A stretch of DNA of 64,000 nucleotides from Pseudolabrys sp. (lineage in GTDB: Bacteria > Pseudomonadota > Alphaproteobacteria > Rhizobiales > Xanthobacteraceae), in NCBI GenBank assembly GCA_030655215.1, contig JAURVZ010000091.1, positions 3,137 to 67,136 on the forward strand, in the 5' to 3' direction. Position 1 is the stretch's first letter; the number at the start of each line of letters is the position of its first letter. The notes under the pieces were generated by a model. That model was not told the origin of the DNA and searched no databases. It saw only the letters and a list, made by a program, of their open reading frames with translations. The translations under genes were made by a program, and so were the position numbers. This document shows, piece by piece, positions 36,139 through 45,296 of the stretch.

Positions 36139-39027
36139 CTATTCCGCCAGTACGCGCGTCGCCGGAAACGCGACTTCTACCAGTGTTCCGTCATCCGGCT
36201 GGCTGGTGATGCGGAAGCGGGCATGGTTGGCTTCGGCCAGCGCCTTGGTGATCGGCAGGCCGAGGCCGGTACCACTCGAGCCCCAGCGCGACGACGTCGC
36301 CAGTTGCCGGAACGGCTCCAACGCCGTCTGCAATTCGTTTTCGCTCATGCCGACGCCGGTATCGCGCACGCGCAGCACTGCTTCATTGTCGTCGTTCAGC
36401 GCGGTGGAGACGATCATCTGCCCACCGGCGCCGGTGAACTTGATCGAGTTCGACAACAGGTTGAGCGCGATCTGCCGCACCGAGCGCGCATCGGCGACGA
36501 TCGGCGGCAGGCTCGGCGGCAGCGAGGTGCGGATGATGACGCGCTCGCGGTTGGCCTGGTCCTGCATCATGGCGACGCATTGCTGCACAATGTCGTTGAG
36601 GTTGACGGTGACGAAAGTCAGCTCGAGCTTGCCGGCCTCGATCTTCGACAGATCGAGCAGGTCATTGAGCAGCGAGATCAAATGGCCACCCGAGGCGTGA
36701 ATGTCCTTGAGGTATTGCTTGTAGCGCTCATTGCCGATGGCACCGAAGCGCTCATCCATCATCACTTCGGAAAAGCCGATGATGGCGTTGAGCGGCGTGC
36801 GGATCTCATGGCTGATCTTGGCAAGGAATTCGGATTTGGCGGTCGAGGCGCGCTCGGCCTGCTGCCGCGCATTGATCAGTTCTTCCTCGGTGCGCTTCCA
36901 GGCGGTGACATCGCGCAGCACGGCGCAGAATTTATCGCCGTCCTCGATGCGCCCCATCGTCACGTAAAGCGGCACCAGCCCGCCTTGCCGCACGCGGCCG
37001 ATCGCTTCGCGCCCGGCGTCGAGCAGATTGTCGCCACTGGCGGTGCGTTCGAGATAATCGAGCGCAAAGCGCCGGCTTTCGGCAGCGAACAATTCGCCGA
37101 AGCTCAAATCGGTGAAGTCGGCTGCGTCATAGCCGAACAAAGCCTGCGCGCTGCGGTTGGCCGAGAGGACGCGGCCGGCGCGGTCGAGCACGAGCACGCC
37201 GTCCGTGGCGGTGTCGAGAATGGCGCGCAGTTCGTGGTTCTCTTCCGAGGCGCGGCGCAGCGAGGTCTCGGTGCTCTTGATGCTCTCGTCCGATACGCCT
37301 TGCGTATTGATCATCAGGACGAGCGCGTTTTCCGAAGACCACGGCACGCTGAACAGACGGCCTTCGACTGGCTTCTGGTTGCCGCTGACCGTGGTGATGG
37401 TCAGCGTTTTGCCAGCATCGCGCGCCGGCTCTTTGGCGTCGGATGTTTTGGTTGGCTCAATGAACAGCGCGTCGAGGCCGCCGGCTTCTTCCAGAGTCTG
37501 CAGGCTGGCGTAGCCGGTCCAGTCGAGGAAGGCGCGGTTGGCATAGATCAGGTTATTGAGGCGATAGACCAGAATGCCGATCGGCAAGCGGTCAAGCACT
37601 GGCCGTCCGTCCGGCACATCCGGCATGGCGGCGAGCGCAACTTGCTTGGGTGGTTCAGGCAGCGGTGACGGCAACGGCTCGTCGGCGAAATGCTCGCCGC
37701 CGAAATCGTCGTTGTCGTCGAGCGCGGCGCGCTTGTGCGGCGCGCCTTTCAGCCTGGCGTTCAGTTCGCGCGCCAGCTCTTCAAAGGCGCTGGTCTCGCC
37801 CGGGCTGAGCGTCGGCGCCGATGTAGGTTCAGGCATCGGGATTGGACTGGCGATGGGTTGCGCCTCAGGCTCCGGCGCGGGCGGCGCGCGGAAGGCCAGC
37901 ACATTGTCCGGCGCCGGATTGTTGGTGTTGACCGCGGCCGGCGTCACCTGCGGACTTGCCTCGGCCGTGCGCGCGACCGGCTCACGGCAAACGCCGAAGC
38001 CGCGATAGCCGTTGAAGTGACGATCACGGTCGAACACCGGCAGGCCCGACATTTCGATGGCCACGCGATCATTCGACCCATCGACCGGAAACAGAACGAC
38101 CAGCCCGCTCCAGGTGTCGCGCGAATTCAGTGCGCGGGTCACCGCATCGCTGCCGTCGAGTTTCAATGTCTCGGCGGCTTCAGCCCAACTGCGGTGGAGC
38201 ACCGCTGCGGTTTCGGCGCCGACCACGGTAGCGAAATTCTCGATGCCGCCGGTCATGCGCGTGTCGGCATCCATCTGCCAGACGAAGCGATAGGGCACGC
38301 GGCGCGTCGGTGTATCGGTGGTGAGGCGCGGCGGCGCGGGCGCTTCAACGACTGGCGCTGGCGCTTCGACAACAGGCGCGGGCAGGAACGTCACCAGCAG
38401 CGCCACCGTGGCGCCGGCGCCGAGCTTGCGCATGTTGATCTTGCCCAGTTCGATGTCACCATCGGCATGGCCATTGATGCTGGCTTCGCGCGCCAATTTG
38501 TCGGCGCCGAGGGCGTTGAGGTCATGTTTGCCTGTGAGCTTGTCGCGCGCGCTTGTCGTTGCGTCGATCAGTTCGCCATCGGCGCTGAAGATAGCGGCGG
38601 GCTTCTCGATATCGAGCAGCAGGCGCCGAGCGCGTTCCGGCAATGACAGATCCTTGCCGGCGCGTTCGGTAGCGATGACGAGAATTGCACTGCTGTTGTC
38701 GGCGAGCGTCACGCGCGAACACAGGCAGGTCAGCATCGCGCCCATGCTGGCGCCGAAGCCGCGCAGGCGCTCGAGCCGTTGCCCGCCGCCTTGCGGCAAA
38801 GTGCCGGCAAGACGCACGATCTGCGCCGCGCTCGGATGGCTGGGTTCGAATTCGCGTTGCGCCAAAGCCGTTGCCGACTCGGCATCGAAGATTGCAGCGG
38901 CGGTCGGGTTGGCCCAGAGAATCTGCTGCGCGTCGGCGCGCCACAGCCAGACCGGCGCCGGATTCAGCGCGTGCTCGGCGAAGCGCCGATCGTCCAGCCA
39001 GGGTGTGTGAGTATCGCTGCCGCTCAT
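36139..39027 (-). CDS. Cytoplasmic PAS-domain histidine kinase, PdhS/CbrA (PleC/DivJ homologue)-like
   Basis: FLAKISHEIRTPLNAIIGFSE H-box, N/G boxes, PAS domains and no TM segment. Confidence 0.85.
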   Translation of the reverse strand: MSGSDTHTPWLDDRRFAEHALNPAPVWLWRADAQQILWANPTAAAIFDAESATALAQREFEPSHPSAAQIVRLAGTLPQGGGQRLERLRGFGASMGAMLTCLCSRVTLADNSSAILVIATERAGKDLSLPERARRLLLDIEKPAAIFSADGELIDATTSARDKLTGKHDLNALGADKLAREASINGHADGDIELGKINMRKLGAGATVALLVTFLPAPVVEAPAPVVEAPAPPRLTTDTPTRRVPYRFVWQMDADTRMTGGIENFATVVGAETAAVLHRSWAEAAETLKLDGSDAVTRALNSRDTWSGLVVLFPVDGSNDRVAIEMSGLPVFDRDRHFNGYRGFGVCREPVARTAEASPQVTPAAVNTNNPAPDNVLAFRAPPAPEPEAQPIASPIPMPEPTSAPTLSPGETSAFEELARELNARLKGAPHKRAALDDNDDFGGEHFADEPLPSPLPEPPKQVALAAMPDVPDGRPVLDRLPIGILVYRLNNLIYANRAFLDWTGYASLQTLEEAGGLDALFIEPTKTSDAKEPARDAGKTLTITTVSGNQKPVEGRLFSVPWSSENALVLMINTQGVSDESIKSTETSLRRASEENHELRAILDTATDGVLVLDRAGRVLSANRSAQALFGYDAADFTDLSFGELFAAESRRFALDYLERTASGDNLLDAGREAIGRVRQGGLVPLYVTMGRIEDGDKFCAVLRDVTAWKRTEEELINARQQAERASTAKSEFLAKISHEIRTPLNAIIGFSEVMMDERFGAIGNERYKQYLKDIHASGGHLISLLNDLLDLSKIEAGKLELTFVTVNLNDIVQQCVAMMQDQANRERVIIRTSLPPSLPPIVADARSVRQIALNLLSNSIKFTGAGGQMIVSTALNDDNEAVLRVRDTGVGMSENELQTALEPFRQLATSSRWGSSGTGLGLPITKALAEANHARFRITSQPDDGTLVEVAFPATRVLAE

Positions 39028-39042
39028 CGCTTACGCCGCGCC

Positions 39043-39068
39043 TTAAAATACAGCTAATAAAGCATTAA
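39043..39068. promoter_or_regulatory. Tandem CtrA-like boxes
   Basis: TTAA-N7-CTAA-N7-TTAA immediately upstream of the PdhS-like kinase. Confidence 0.55.
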
Positions 39069-39185
39069 TACGGCTCCGGGCGCATGAGAGTCCACGTTCC
39101 TGCGCCTATCTTGCGCCGCCAAGCGCGGGTATCCTTAACTGCTGAGTTTCCGACGATGACGGGCTTTGCCCTACAGGAGGTTGTG

Positions 39186-39548
39186 ATGGCTGATATGAAG
39201 TTCGAAGTTCCCGCGGAGATGCGGGAAATGGCGGAAAAGAGCGTCGCCCAGGCCAAGCAGGCTTTTGACGGCTTCATTGCCGCAACTCAGCATGCCGTCG
39301 GCACCGCCGAGACGCAGGCTAAGACCTTGCAGGCCGGCGCCAAGGGCGCAGGCGAGCTGGCGATGAAATTCGCCGAGCGCAACGTCGCGGCGAACTTCGA
39401 GTTCGCCCAGAAGCTGCTGCACGCCAAGGATGCCCAGGAAGTGGCGGCCTTGCAGGCGGAATACGCCAAGACCCAGCTGGCCGCCCTGACCGAGCAGGCC
39501 AAGGAGTTGAGCCAGCAGGCCGCCAAGATGACCGGCAAAACCGCCTAA
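39186..39548 (+). CDS. phaP: Phasin (PHA granule-associated protein)
   Basis: FEVPAEMREMAEKSVAQAK phasin_2 motif; AGGAGG RBS; start re-called at 39186. Confidence 0.88.
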   Translation: MADMKFEVPAEMREMAEKSVAQAKQAFDGFIAATQHAVGTAETQAKTLQAGAKGAGELAMKFAERNVAANFEFAQKLLHAKDAQEVAALQAEYAKTQLAALTEQAKELSQQAAKMTGKTA

Positions 39549-39566
39549 AGTGGGCGTCCAAAAATA

Positions 39567-39600
39567 TGGTGCGGTGCAATATAATTATTGCAACGCACCA
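39567..39600. promoter_or_regulatory. PhaR-like operator palindrome
   Basis: TGGTGCGGTGCAAT-ATAATT-ATTGCAACGCACCA inverted repeat (1 mismatch); each arm fits TGCRNYGCASMA on one strand. Confidence 0.75.
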
Positions 39601-39719
39601 AAAACGTGTTATATTGAGGTTAACGCTCCAGCCGGGAATTGACTGGAGCCGTCCATCAGGCGCGAGCCGATTGCAGAGGGCGGATACCGTCCTCCTTTTT
39701 GACAAACAGGATGATTCCC

Positions 39720-40226
39720 ATGGCCGACATTCAAGCCTCCGTGAAAACCAAAGTGAAACCCCCGGTTGGCGCCATTGCCACCGATGCCAAGTTCGAAATG
39801 CCAAAATTTGAAATGCCGAAGTTCGAGATCCCGACCATGGAAGTCCCGCCGGCATTCCGCGAAGCCGCTGAAAAGGGCATCGCCCAGGCCAAGACCAACT
39901 ACGACAAGTTCAAGAGCGCGGCCGAGCAGGCCACCGACGTTCTCGAAGAGACCTATTCGACCGCGTCGAAGGGCTACGCCGATTATGGCCTGAAGGTCAT
40001 CGAGACCACCCGCGCCAATTCGAACGCCGCTTTCGACCTGTTCGGCGAACTGATGACCGCGAAGTCGTATTCGGAGGTCGTCGAGAAGACGACCGCCTAT
40101 ATGCGCACCCAGTTTGAGGCCATCACCGCGCAGACCAAGGAATTGACCGAGCAGGCGCAGAAGGTTGCGACCGAGACCGCCGAGCCGATCAAGGCCAGCG
40201 TGTCGAGCTTCGGCAAGGCTGCATAA
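39720..40226 (+). CDS. phaP: Phasin, with N-terminal FEMPK repeats
   Basis: KFEMPKFEMPKFEIP followed by EVPPAFREAAEKGIAQAK; start at 39720 (alternative 39711). Confidence 0.88.
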   Translation: MADIQASVKTKVKPPVGAIATDAKFEMPKFEMPKFEIPTMEVPPAFREAAEKGIAQAKTNYDKFKSAAEQATDVLEETYSTASKGYADYGLKVIETTRANSNAAFDLFGELMTAKSYSEVVEKTTAYMRTQFEAITAQTKELTEQAQKVATETAEPIKASVSSFGKAA

Positions 40227-40267
40227 AATTGGCTGCCTAAGCTCTCGCTTCACTGACAATCAGTCTT

Positions 40268-40298
40268 AAAGCCCGGGTGCTCATCGCCCGGGCTTTTT
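40268..40298 (+). terminator. Intrinsic terminator after the phasin
   Basis: AAAGCCCGGG...CCCGGGCTTTTT. Confidence 0.85.
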
Positions 40299-40418
40299 GC
40301 TGCCCTCGGGAACCGCAGAGCGCGAAAATGCGCTTCAAGACAAGCAATTAAGGCCCTTGCAAAAGGAGGACGCGGCTTCTAGGTTCCGCGCTTCTATGGC
40401 CCTCCGCGAGGGCCTCGT

Positions 40419-40495
40419 GCAGCTGTAGCTCAGTTGGTTAGAGCGCTGGTCTGTGGATCCAGAGGTCGGTGGTTCAAATCCACCCAGCTGTACCA
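40419..40495 (+). tRNA. tRNA-His, anticodon GTG
   Basis: 77-nt cloverleaf, anticodon at 40453-40455, discriminator A, encoded CCA; the -1 base is T. Confidence 0.95.
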
Positions 40496-40521
40496 AATTT
40501 CCAAATTTGAAATTCTGGCTT

Positions 40522-40557
40522 GTAGGCTGGGCCAAAGCGCGAAGCGCCGAGCCCACC
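40522..40557 (+). repeat. Degenerate GTAG-type REP element
   Basis: GTAGGCTGGGC-CAAAGCGCGAAGCGCCGA-GCCCACC, an imperfect palindrome with a GTAG head. Confidence 0.55.
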
Positions 40558-40563
40558 GCTAAC

Positions 40564-40595
40564 AAAAACGCCGGCGGAAATTCCGCCGGCGTTTT
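40564..40595. terminator. Bidirectional intrinsic terminator
   Basis: AAAAACGCCGGCGGAA-A-TTCCGCCGGCGTTTT between the convergent tRNA-His and L,D-transpeptidase genes. Confidence 0.85.
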
Positions 40596-40617
40596 GCATT
40601 CTCAACCCTCGAAACGA

Positions 40618-42675
40618 TTAGCGCGTAATGACCCGGCGCTCATTGCTGGCGCGCGGGCTGTTGCGCGTGCGGTAAACCGGCTCTTCGACCTGGCGGCTGC
40701 CACCCCCAAACAACATGTCGAAGAAATTGCCGCCGCTAGAACGTTCACCACCGCCGTACATGCCGACCGGCATGCGCACCGGCTTGGACGACGTGTTCGG
40801 CGGGCGTTCGACCGCCAGATCGGCGACCTTGCGCTCGCTGCCCTTCATGATCGCGATCATGCGCTGGTCGCGGCCATAGACGTCCTTGCGGAACTGCAGC
40901 TTGCCGTCATCGTCGACGAAGGCGGTCTGGTAGGTCAGATGCACCCAGATGTTCTTCGGGAAGTTAATGTTGATCTCGCTGCCGCCGAACATCTTTTCCA
41001 GCTTCGCCTCGGTATAGCCTTCCTTCGGCAGCGCCAGCGACAGCAGCTTCTCGCCATACATCAGCGGGTTCTGCACGCGCATGCAGCCATGGCTGAAGGC
41101 GCGCTCCTCACGGGCGAACAGATGCTTGTCCGGCGTGTCGTGCTGATAGACCAGGAACTTGTTCGGGAAGTTGAAGCGGATGCGGCCGAGCGCATTGCCC
41201 GCACCCGGCGGCTGGTAGATACGCACGGTGCCGTCGGCATTCTGCTCCAGCTTGAGGCCGATACGCTCGAGCGCCTGCGGGTCCTGCTGCAGCGCCGGCA
41301 GATATTCTTTCTCGATGATCGACGGCGGCACGTTCCAGGTCGGATTGACGGTGATGAACTTCATCTCCGACGAGATCATCGGCGTGGCGTGGCTGCCCGG
41401 CTTGCCGGCAACGATCTTGGTGGTCCAGTAGACCTTGTTGTCGTTCCAGAGGGTCAGGCGGAAGTCCGGCACATTGACGATGACATGCGGGTTGCCGAGA
41501 TCGCGCGGAAACCAGCGCCAACGCTCCATGTTGACCAGGATCGTGTCGACCGGATCGGCCGACGGGCCCTTGGCGGTCTCGCGCTTCTCGCCGTTTAAGG
41601 CCTTGACGGTGTTGGTGCCGAGATTGCCGTCATCCTTGAGGTCGGCGACAGTCTGGAAGGTGCGCACTGCGTCACGCACATCGTCGTCATATGACGTGCT
41701 TTCCTTGTCGCCCTTGATGTCGAGGCGCTTGCGCAGCGCGACGACGCGCGGGTCCTTCATGCCGGGGCGCAGGATCTTGCCTTCCGGCACGTGCACCTTC
41801 GGCGCGATCTTCTCTTCTGGCGTGGCGGCGATGGGGGCCTTGCCGCCGCGCAGTTCGGCGAGCTTGGCGCGCAGCGCCTTGAACTGCGGATGCGGCGGGT
41901 TGTAGCTGTCGAGCGTGGCGGCAGCGTCCGAGCTGGCGGCGAGCTTGTTCAGCACGTCAGCCGGATCCGGCGCCTTCTGGTCGAACTGGATGTCGGCGGC
42001 AACGCGGCTGAAGTGCACGCGGCCGGTCTGGGCCTGGCGGGCAAAGGTCAAGACTGAGGTGGTCAGCTTGAGTTCGGCTTCGGCCAGCGCGTCCGGGGTC
42101 ATGCCGGCGTTGAAATCCGGGGTCGGGTAGTCGGCCGAGTCGAGGCCAACGGCATCCGCCTTGGCCAGGTAGCTGACAACCGACTTTGTGGAAGCAGAAG
42201 CGGCGCCATCGGCCACCCACAGCGGCTTATAGGCACGCGCCGCATAGAAGGCTTCGATACCGGCATTCTCGGCCTTGCGGCTGACCATGCGGTCGAGCGT
42301 CTTGCCGGTGACCAGTTCGCGCAATTTGTCGGTGACGGCAGTGTCCGCGACAACAACCGGGGCAGGGGCCGGAGCGGGTGTGGCGGCGACAGGGGCGGGC
42401 GCGGGGGCCGGGGTGACAGCGACCGGACCCGGTGCTGGAGCAGGCGCAGTGACGACCGGAGCCGGCGCCGGTTCCGGCGCGGCGGCGGCAGGCGCCGGGG
42501 TGTTCACTTCGACGCCGAAATCCTTGGCGGTCGGCGGCGGCAAATCATCCGGCAGCGGGACGATGACCTGAACTTCGCTGGCCGGCTGCTGCGCCGAGGC
42601 GGCATTGGGCGACACCAGAAGAATCATTCCGAGGGCGGTCGACGCCAGCAGATTCTCAAAACCAACGACTTTCAC
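40618..42675 (-). CDS. L,D-transpeptidase (YcbB/LdtD-like) with scaffold and PG-binding domains
   Basis: NMERWRW, NPTWNVP, NALG and HDTP...SHGCMRV catalytic motif; Pro/Ala linker; GTG start at 42675 with GGAG. Confidence 0.9.
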   Translation of the reverse strand: MKVVGFENLLASTALGMILLVSPNAASAQQPASEVQVIVPLPDDLPPPTAKDFGVEVNTPAPAAAAPEPAPAPVVTAPAPAPGPVAVTPAPAPAPVAATPAPAPAPVVVADTAVTDKLRELVTGKTLDRMVSRKAENAGIEAFYAARAYKPLWVADGAASASTKSVVSYLAKADAVGLDSADYPTPDFNAGMTPDALAEAELKLTTSVLTFARQAQTGRVHFSRVAADIQFDQKAPDPADVLNKLAASSDAAATLDSYNPPHPQFKALRAKLAELRGGKAPIAATPEEKIAPKVHVPEGKILRPGMKDPRVVALRKRLDIKGDKESTSYDDDVRDAVRTFQTVADLKDDGNLGTNTVKALNGEKRETAKGPSADPVDTILVNMERWRWFPRDLGNPHVIVNVPDFRLTLWNDNKVYWTTKIVAGKPGSHATPMISSEMKFITVNPTWNVPPSIIEKEYLPALQQDPQALERIGLKLEQNADGTVRIYQPPGAGNALGRIRFNFPNKFLVYQHDTPDKHLFAREERAFSHGCMRVQNPLMYGEKLLSLALPKEGYTEAKLEKMFGGSEININFPKNIWVHLTYQTAFVDDDGKLQFRKDVYGRDQRMIAIMKGSERKVADLAVERPPNTSSKPVRMPVGMYGGGERSSGGNFFDMLFGGGSRQVEEPVYRTRNSPRASNERRVITR

Positions 42676-42971
42676 CGAGACGTCTCCCAAATGCTGAAGG
42701 AAGCGACGCGCTTCCCGATTTCCCGCCACTCTATCCGATAGACCCAATATCGTTACGGCTTTCGCGACAGTCCGCCGCCGAACGAAGTGGACCTGTGACT
42801 ATTCTGCACCGCAGCGGAACACGTCAAAAACGGCTGATTTCGCTTGTGATTTAAGCTCAGCAACGACGCGCATAGCCAGTTGTTCCATCGCCCGAACCAC
42901 CTGTGGCGATTGGCAGCAGCGTATGGCGAACTCAATGACTTTTCTGTGATGCGGTTCACGCAGACGCGGGC

Positions 42972-43096
42972 AAAAAAAGACCGGGCCCCACGAAGGGGGC
43001 CCGGTTGCAAGGATGCTGGCGTGGGGGCCAGCAAACTTCAGAGGGGAACAACTGCGACGACGGCGACTCTGGGAGGATATCCACGCCATCGCAGCG
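42972..43096 (-). ncRNA. abcR: AbcR/ar15-family small RNA (BjrC2-like)
   Basis: Minus strand: stem-loop with CUCCCA, single-stranded GUUCCCCUCUG, a further hairpin, then a GC-rich terminator and U7. It lies near lsrB/vtlR. Confidence 0.8.
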
Positions 43097-43103
43097 AGCC
43101 CTC

Positions 43104-43158
43104 ACTATGAAAGCCAGCGGCATGCTCAGCAATGTCGGTTGGCGCATGACTGCCATGC
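43104..43158 (-). promoter_or_regulatory. Putative sRNA promoter (TTGCTG-N17-CATAGT) with upstream LysR-type operator GCATG-N5-CATGC
   Basis: -10 at 43104-43109, -35 at 43127-43132, inverted repeat at 43144-43158 containing GCAT-N3-TGC. Confidence 0.55.
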
Positions 43159-43305
43159 TGCTGTCCGCTGCGACGTGCTGACGCGCTCGGCTGTTGCAAC
43201 CGTTCGGAGAAATGGTGAGACTTGCTGTCAACGAGCGCGCATCTCCGCGGGACCTGTAGGTCACACGGGGGAGCAAACGAACGCTCTGCATCAGGGAGGA
43301 TTTCG

Positions 43306-44574
43306 ATGAAGCATCAGTCAGCTCAGCGGGTCACCATGCTTGCCGGCACGATTGCCGGAGTTTTGTTTGCTATGCCGGCTATCGCGCAGCAGGCACCGTC
43401 CGCTCCGCCGGCGGCAGCTCCCTCAGCGCCACTGCCGCCCGGTTCGCCCCTCATCGGCAGGCCGGAAGGCAATGCCGCCGCCGCCAAGCTTGCACCGGTG
43501 GCGCCGCCGCCAATCCCGACCGCTGCCGACAAGCTGCCGACTGCCAAGCTCAAGCTGCCGCCGGGCTTCAATGTCGAGGTCTATGCCAGCGGCATTCCGA
43601 ACGCGCGGTCGCTGCGGCTTGGCGATGAAGGCACGTTGTTCGTCGGCAATCGTTTCATCGGCAAGGTGTTCGCCATCACCAAGAAAGACGGCAAGACCGA
43701 GATGAAGACGATCGCCGAAGGCCTGCACCGGCCGAACGGTCTCGCCTTCCACAAGGGCACGCTTTACGTCGCCGAGCTTTCCAAGGTCTGGCGCTTCGAC
43801 AATGTCGAGAAGAACCTCGACAAGCCGGAAAAGAAGCTGATCTACGAGGACCTGCCGAAGGACGAGGCGCATGGCTGGAAGTTCATCGCCGTCGGTCCGG
43901 ACGAGAAGCTCTATATCCCGGTCGGTCAGCCCGGCAACAACGTCCTGAACAGTGATGCGCACGCCCAGATCCGCCGGATCAATCTCGACGGCACCGGTGC
44001 TGAGGTGATTGCGCGCGGCGTCCGCAACACGGTTGGTTTCGACTGGCATCCGGCGAGCAAGCAGCTCTACTTCACCGACAATAGCCGCGACTGGATGTCG
44101 GAGGATGTGCCGGAAGACGAGCTCAATCGTATCACCAAGGTCGGCCAGCACTTCGGATCGCCCTTCTGCTATCAGGGCAATCTGCTGGATGCCGAACTTG
44201 GCTGGGGCCACAAGTGCAGCGACTATGTGCCGCCGGTCGCGCTGCTCGGCGCTCACACCGCGGCGCTCGGCATGCGCTTCTATACCGGCAGCCAGTTCCC
44301 GGCGAAGTACAAGAACGGTGCCTTCATTGCCCGGCACGGCTCCTGGAACAGGTCAACCAAGCTCGGCGGCGATGTCATCTTCGTCACATTCAACAAAGAC
44401 GGCACGGTGAAATCGCAGGAGCCTTTCATCACCGGCTTCCTGGTCGACAACAATTACATCGGCCGTCCGGTCGACATGCAGCAGATGAAGGATGGCTCGC
44501 TGCTGGTGTCGGATGACTGGAACGGCGCCGTTTATCGTATCAGCTACGGCAAGCCGAAGGTCGCCAGCAGGTAA
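43306..44574 (+). CDS. PQQ-dependent sugar/sorbosone dehydrogenase family (beta-propeller)
   Basis: Signal peptide; ARGVRNTVGFDW, DELN, HGSWNR and GRPVD...DGSLLVSDD motifs; GGGAGG RBS. Confidence 0.88.
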   Translation: MKHQSAQRVTMLAGTIAGVLFAMPAIAQQAPSAPPAAAPSAPLPPGSPLIGRPEGNAAAAKLAPVAPPPIPTAADKLPTAKLKLPPGFNVEVYASGIPNARSLRLGDEGTLFVGNRFIGKVFAITKKDGKTEMKTIAEGLHRPNGLAFHKGTLYVAELSKVWRFDNVEKNLDKPEKKLIYEDLPKDEAHGWKFIAVGPDEKLYIPVGQPGNNVLNSDAHAQIRRINLDGTGAEVIARGVRNTVGFDWHPASKQLYFTDNSRDWMSEDVPEDELNRITKVGQHFGSPFCYQGNLLDAELGWGHKCSDYVPPVALLGAHTAALGMRFYTGSQFPAKYKNGAFIARHGSWNRSTKLGGDVIFVTFNKDGTVKSQEPFITGFLVDNNYIGRPVDMQQMKDGSLLVSDDWNGAVYRISYGKPKVASR

Positions 44575-44601
44575 AGGATGATCGCTGCGTTTAGCCTAAT
44601 C

Positions 44602-44689
44602 CGTCATGCCCGGCCTTGTGCCGGGCATCCACGTCTTGCTTCTGGAAGGCAGGAAGACGTGGATGGCCGGGACAAGCCCGGCCATGACG
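44602..44689. repeat. CGTC-type REP dimer
   Basis: CGTCATGCCCGGCCTTGTGCCGGGCATCCACGTCTT...AAGACGTGGATGGCCGGGACAAGCCCGGCCATGACG long inverted repeat. Confidence 0.88.
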
Positions 44690-44708
44690 ATGAACTTGTC
44701 AGCCCTCG

Positions 44709-45290
44709 ATGCAGATAACTCTCAAGCTGTTGATCTTCGTGATCGCGCTTATGCGCGCCGGCGCAACACCGTTATCGGCCGAAACCTTTACCGAACGGGT
44801 GGAGTCGTGCCTTGCCTGTCACGGCGCCAAAGGCGAATCGGAAATTCCGGAGGTGCCGTCGCTCGGCGGGCAACCGGCCCCTTATGTGCTGATCCAGCTC
44901 TATCTGTTTCGCGAGAAGCAGCGCGCTGTCGACATCATGAATGAGGTGACCGCCAAATTCACCGACGATGACCTGCGCGTCTTCTCGGACTATGTCGCGA
45001 CGCTGCCGCCACCGCGGCCGTCAAGCGACGGCGCCGATGATGCCCGCCTGCAAAGCGGCCGCGCCTTGATCACGCAGCAGCGGTGCAATAGCTGCCACGG
45101 TCTCGATCTGGCCGGCAAAGAAAGCATCCCGCGCATCGCCGCTCAGCGCGAGGACTATCTGATCAAGTCGATGCGGGAGTACAAGAGCAATGCGCGGCCC
45201 GGTTACGATCCAGCCATGGCCAGCGTGATGGCGCCGATTGACGACGCGCAGATCACCGATCTTGCTTACGCCGTCGCGCGCTTCAGATAG
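44709..45290 (+). CDS. Di-heme c-type cytochrome (c4/c553-like)
   Basis: Signal peptide; CLACH and CNSCH heme motifs with distal Met residues. Confidence 0.9.
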   Translation: MQITLKLLIFVIALMRAGATPLSAETFTERVESCLACHGAKGESEIPEVPSLGGQPAPYVLIQLYLFREKQRAVDIMNEVTAKFTDDDLRVFSDYVATLPPPRPSSDGADDARLQSGRALITQQRCNSCHGLDLAGKESIPRIAAQREDYLIKSMREYKSNARPGYDPAMASVMAPIDDAQITDLAYAVARFR

Positions 45291-45296
45291 GCCCGG

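Noticed and set aside
42355-42500. Repetitive DNA in the L,D-transpeptidase 5' region
   Set aside because: It encodes an ordinary Pro/Ala linker (PAPAP), not a separate element.
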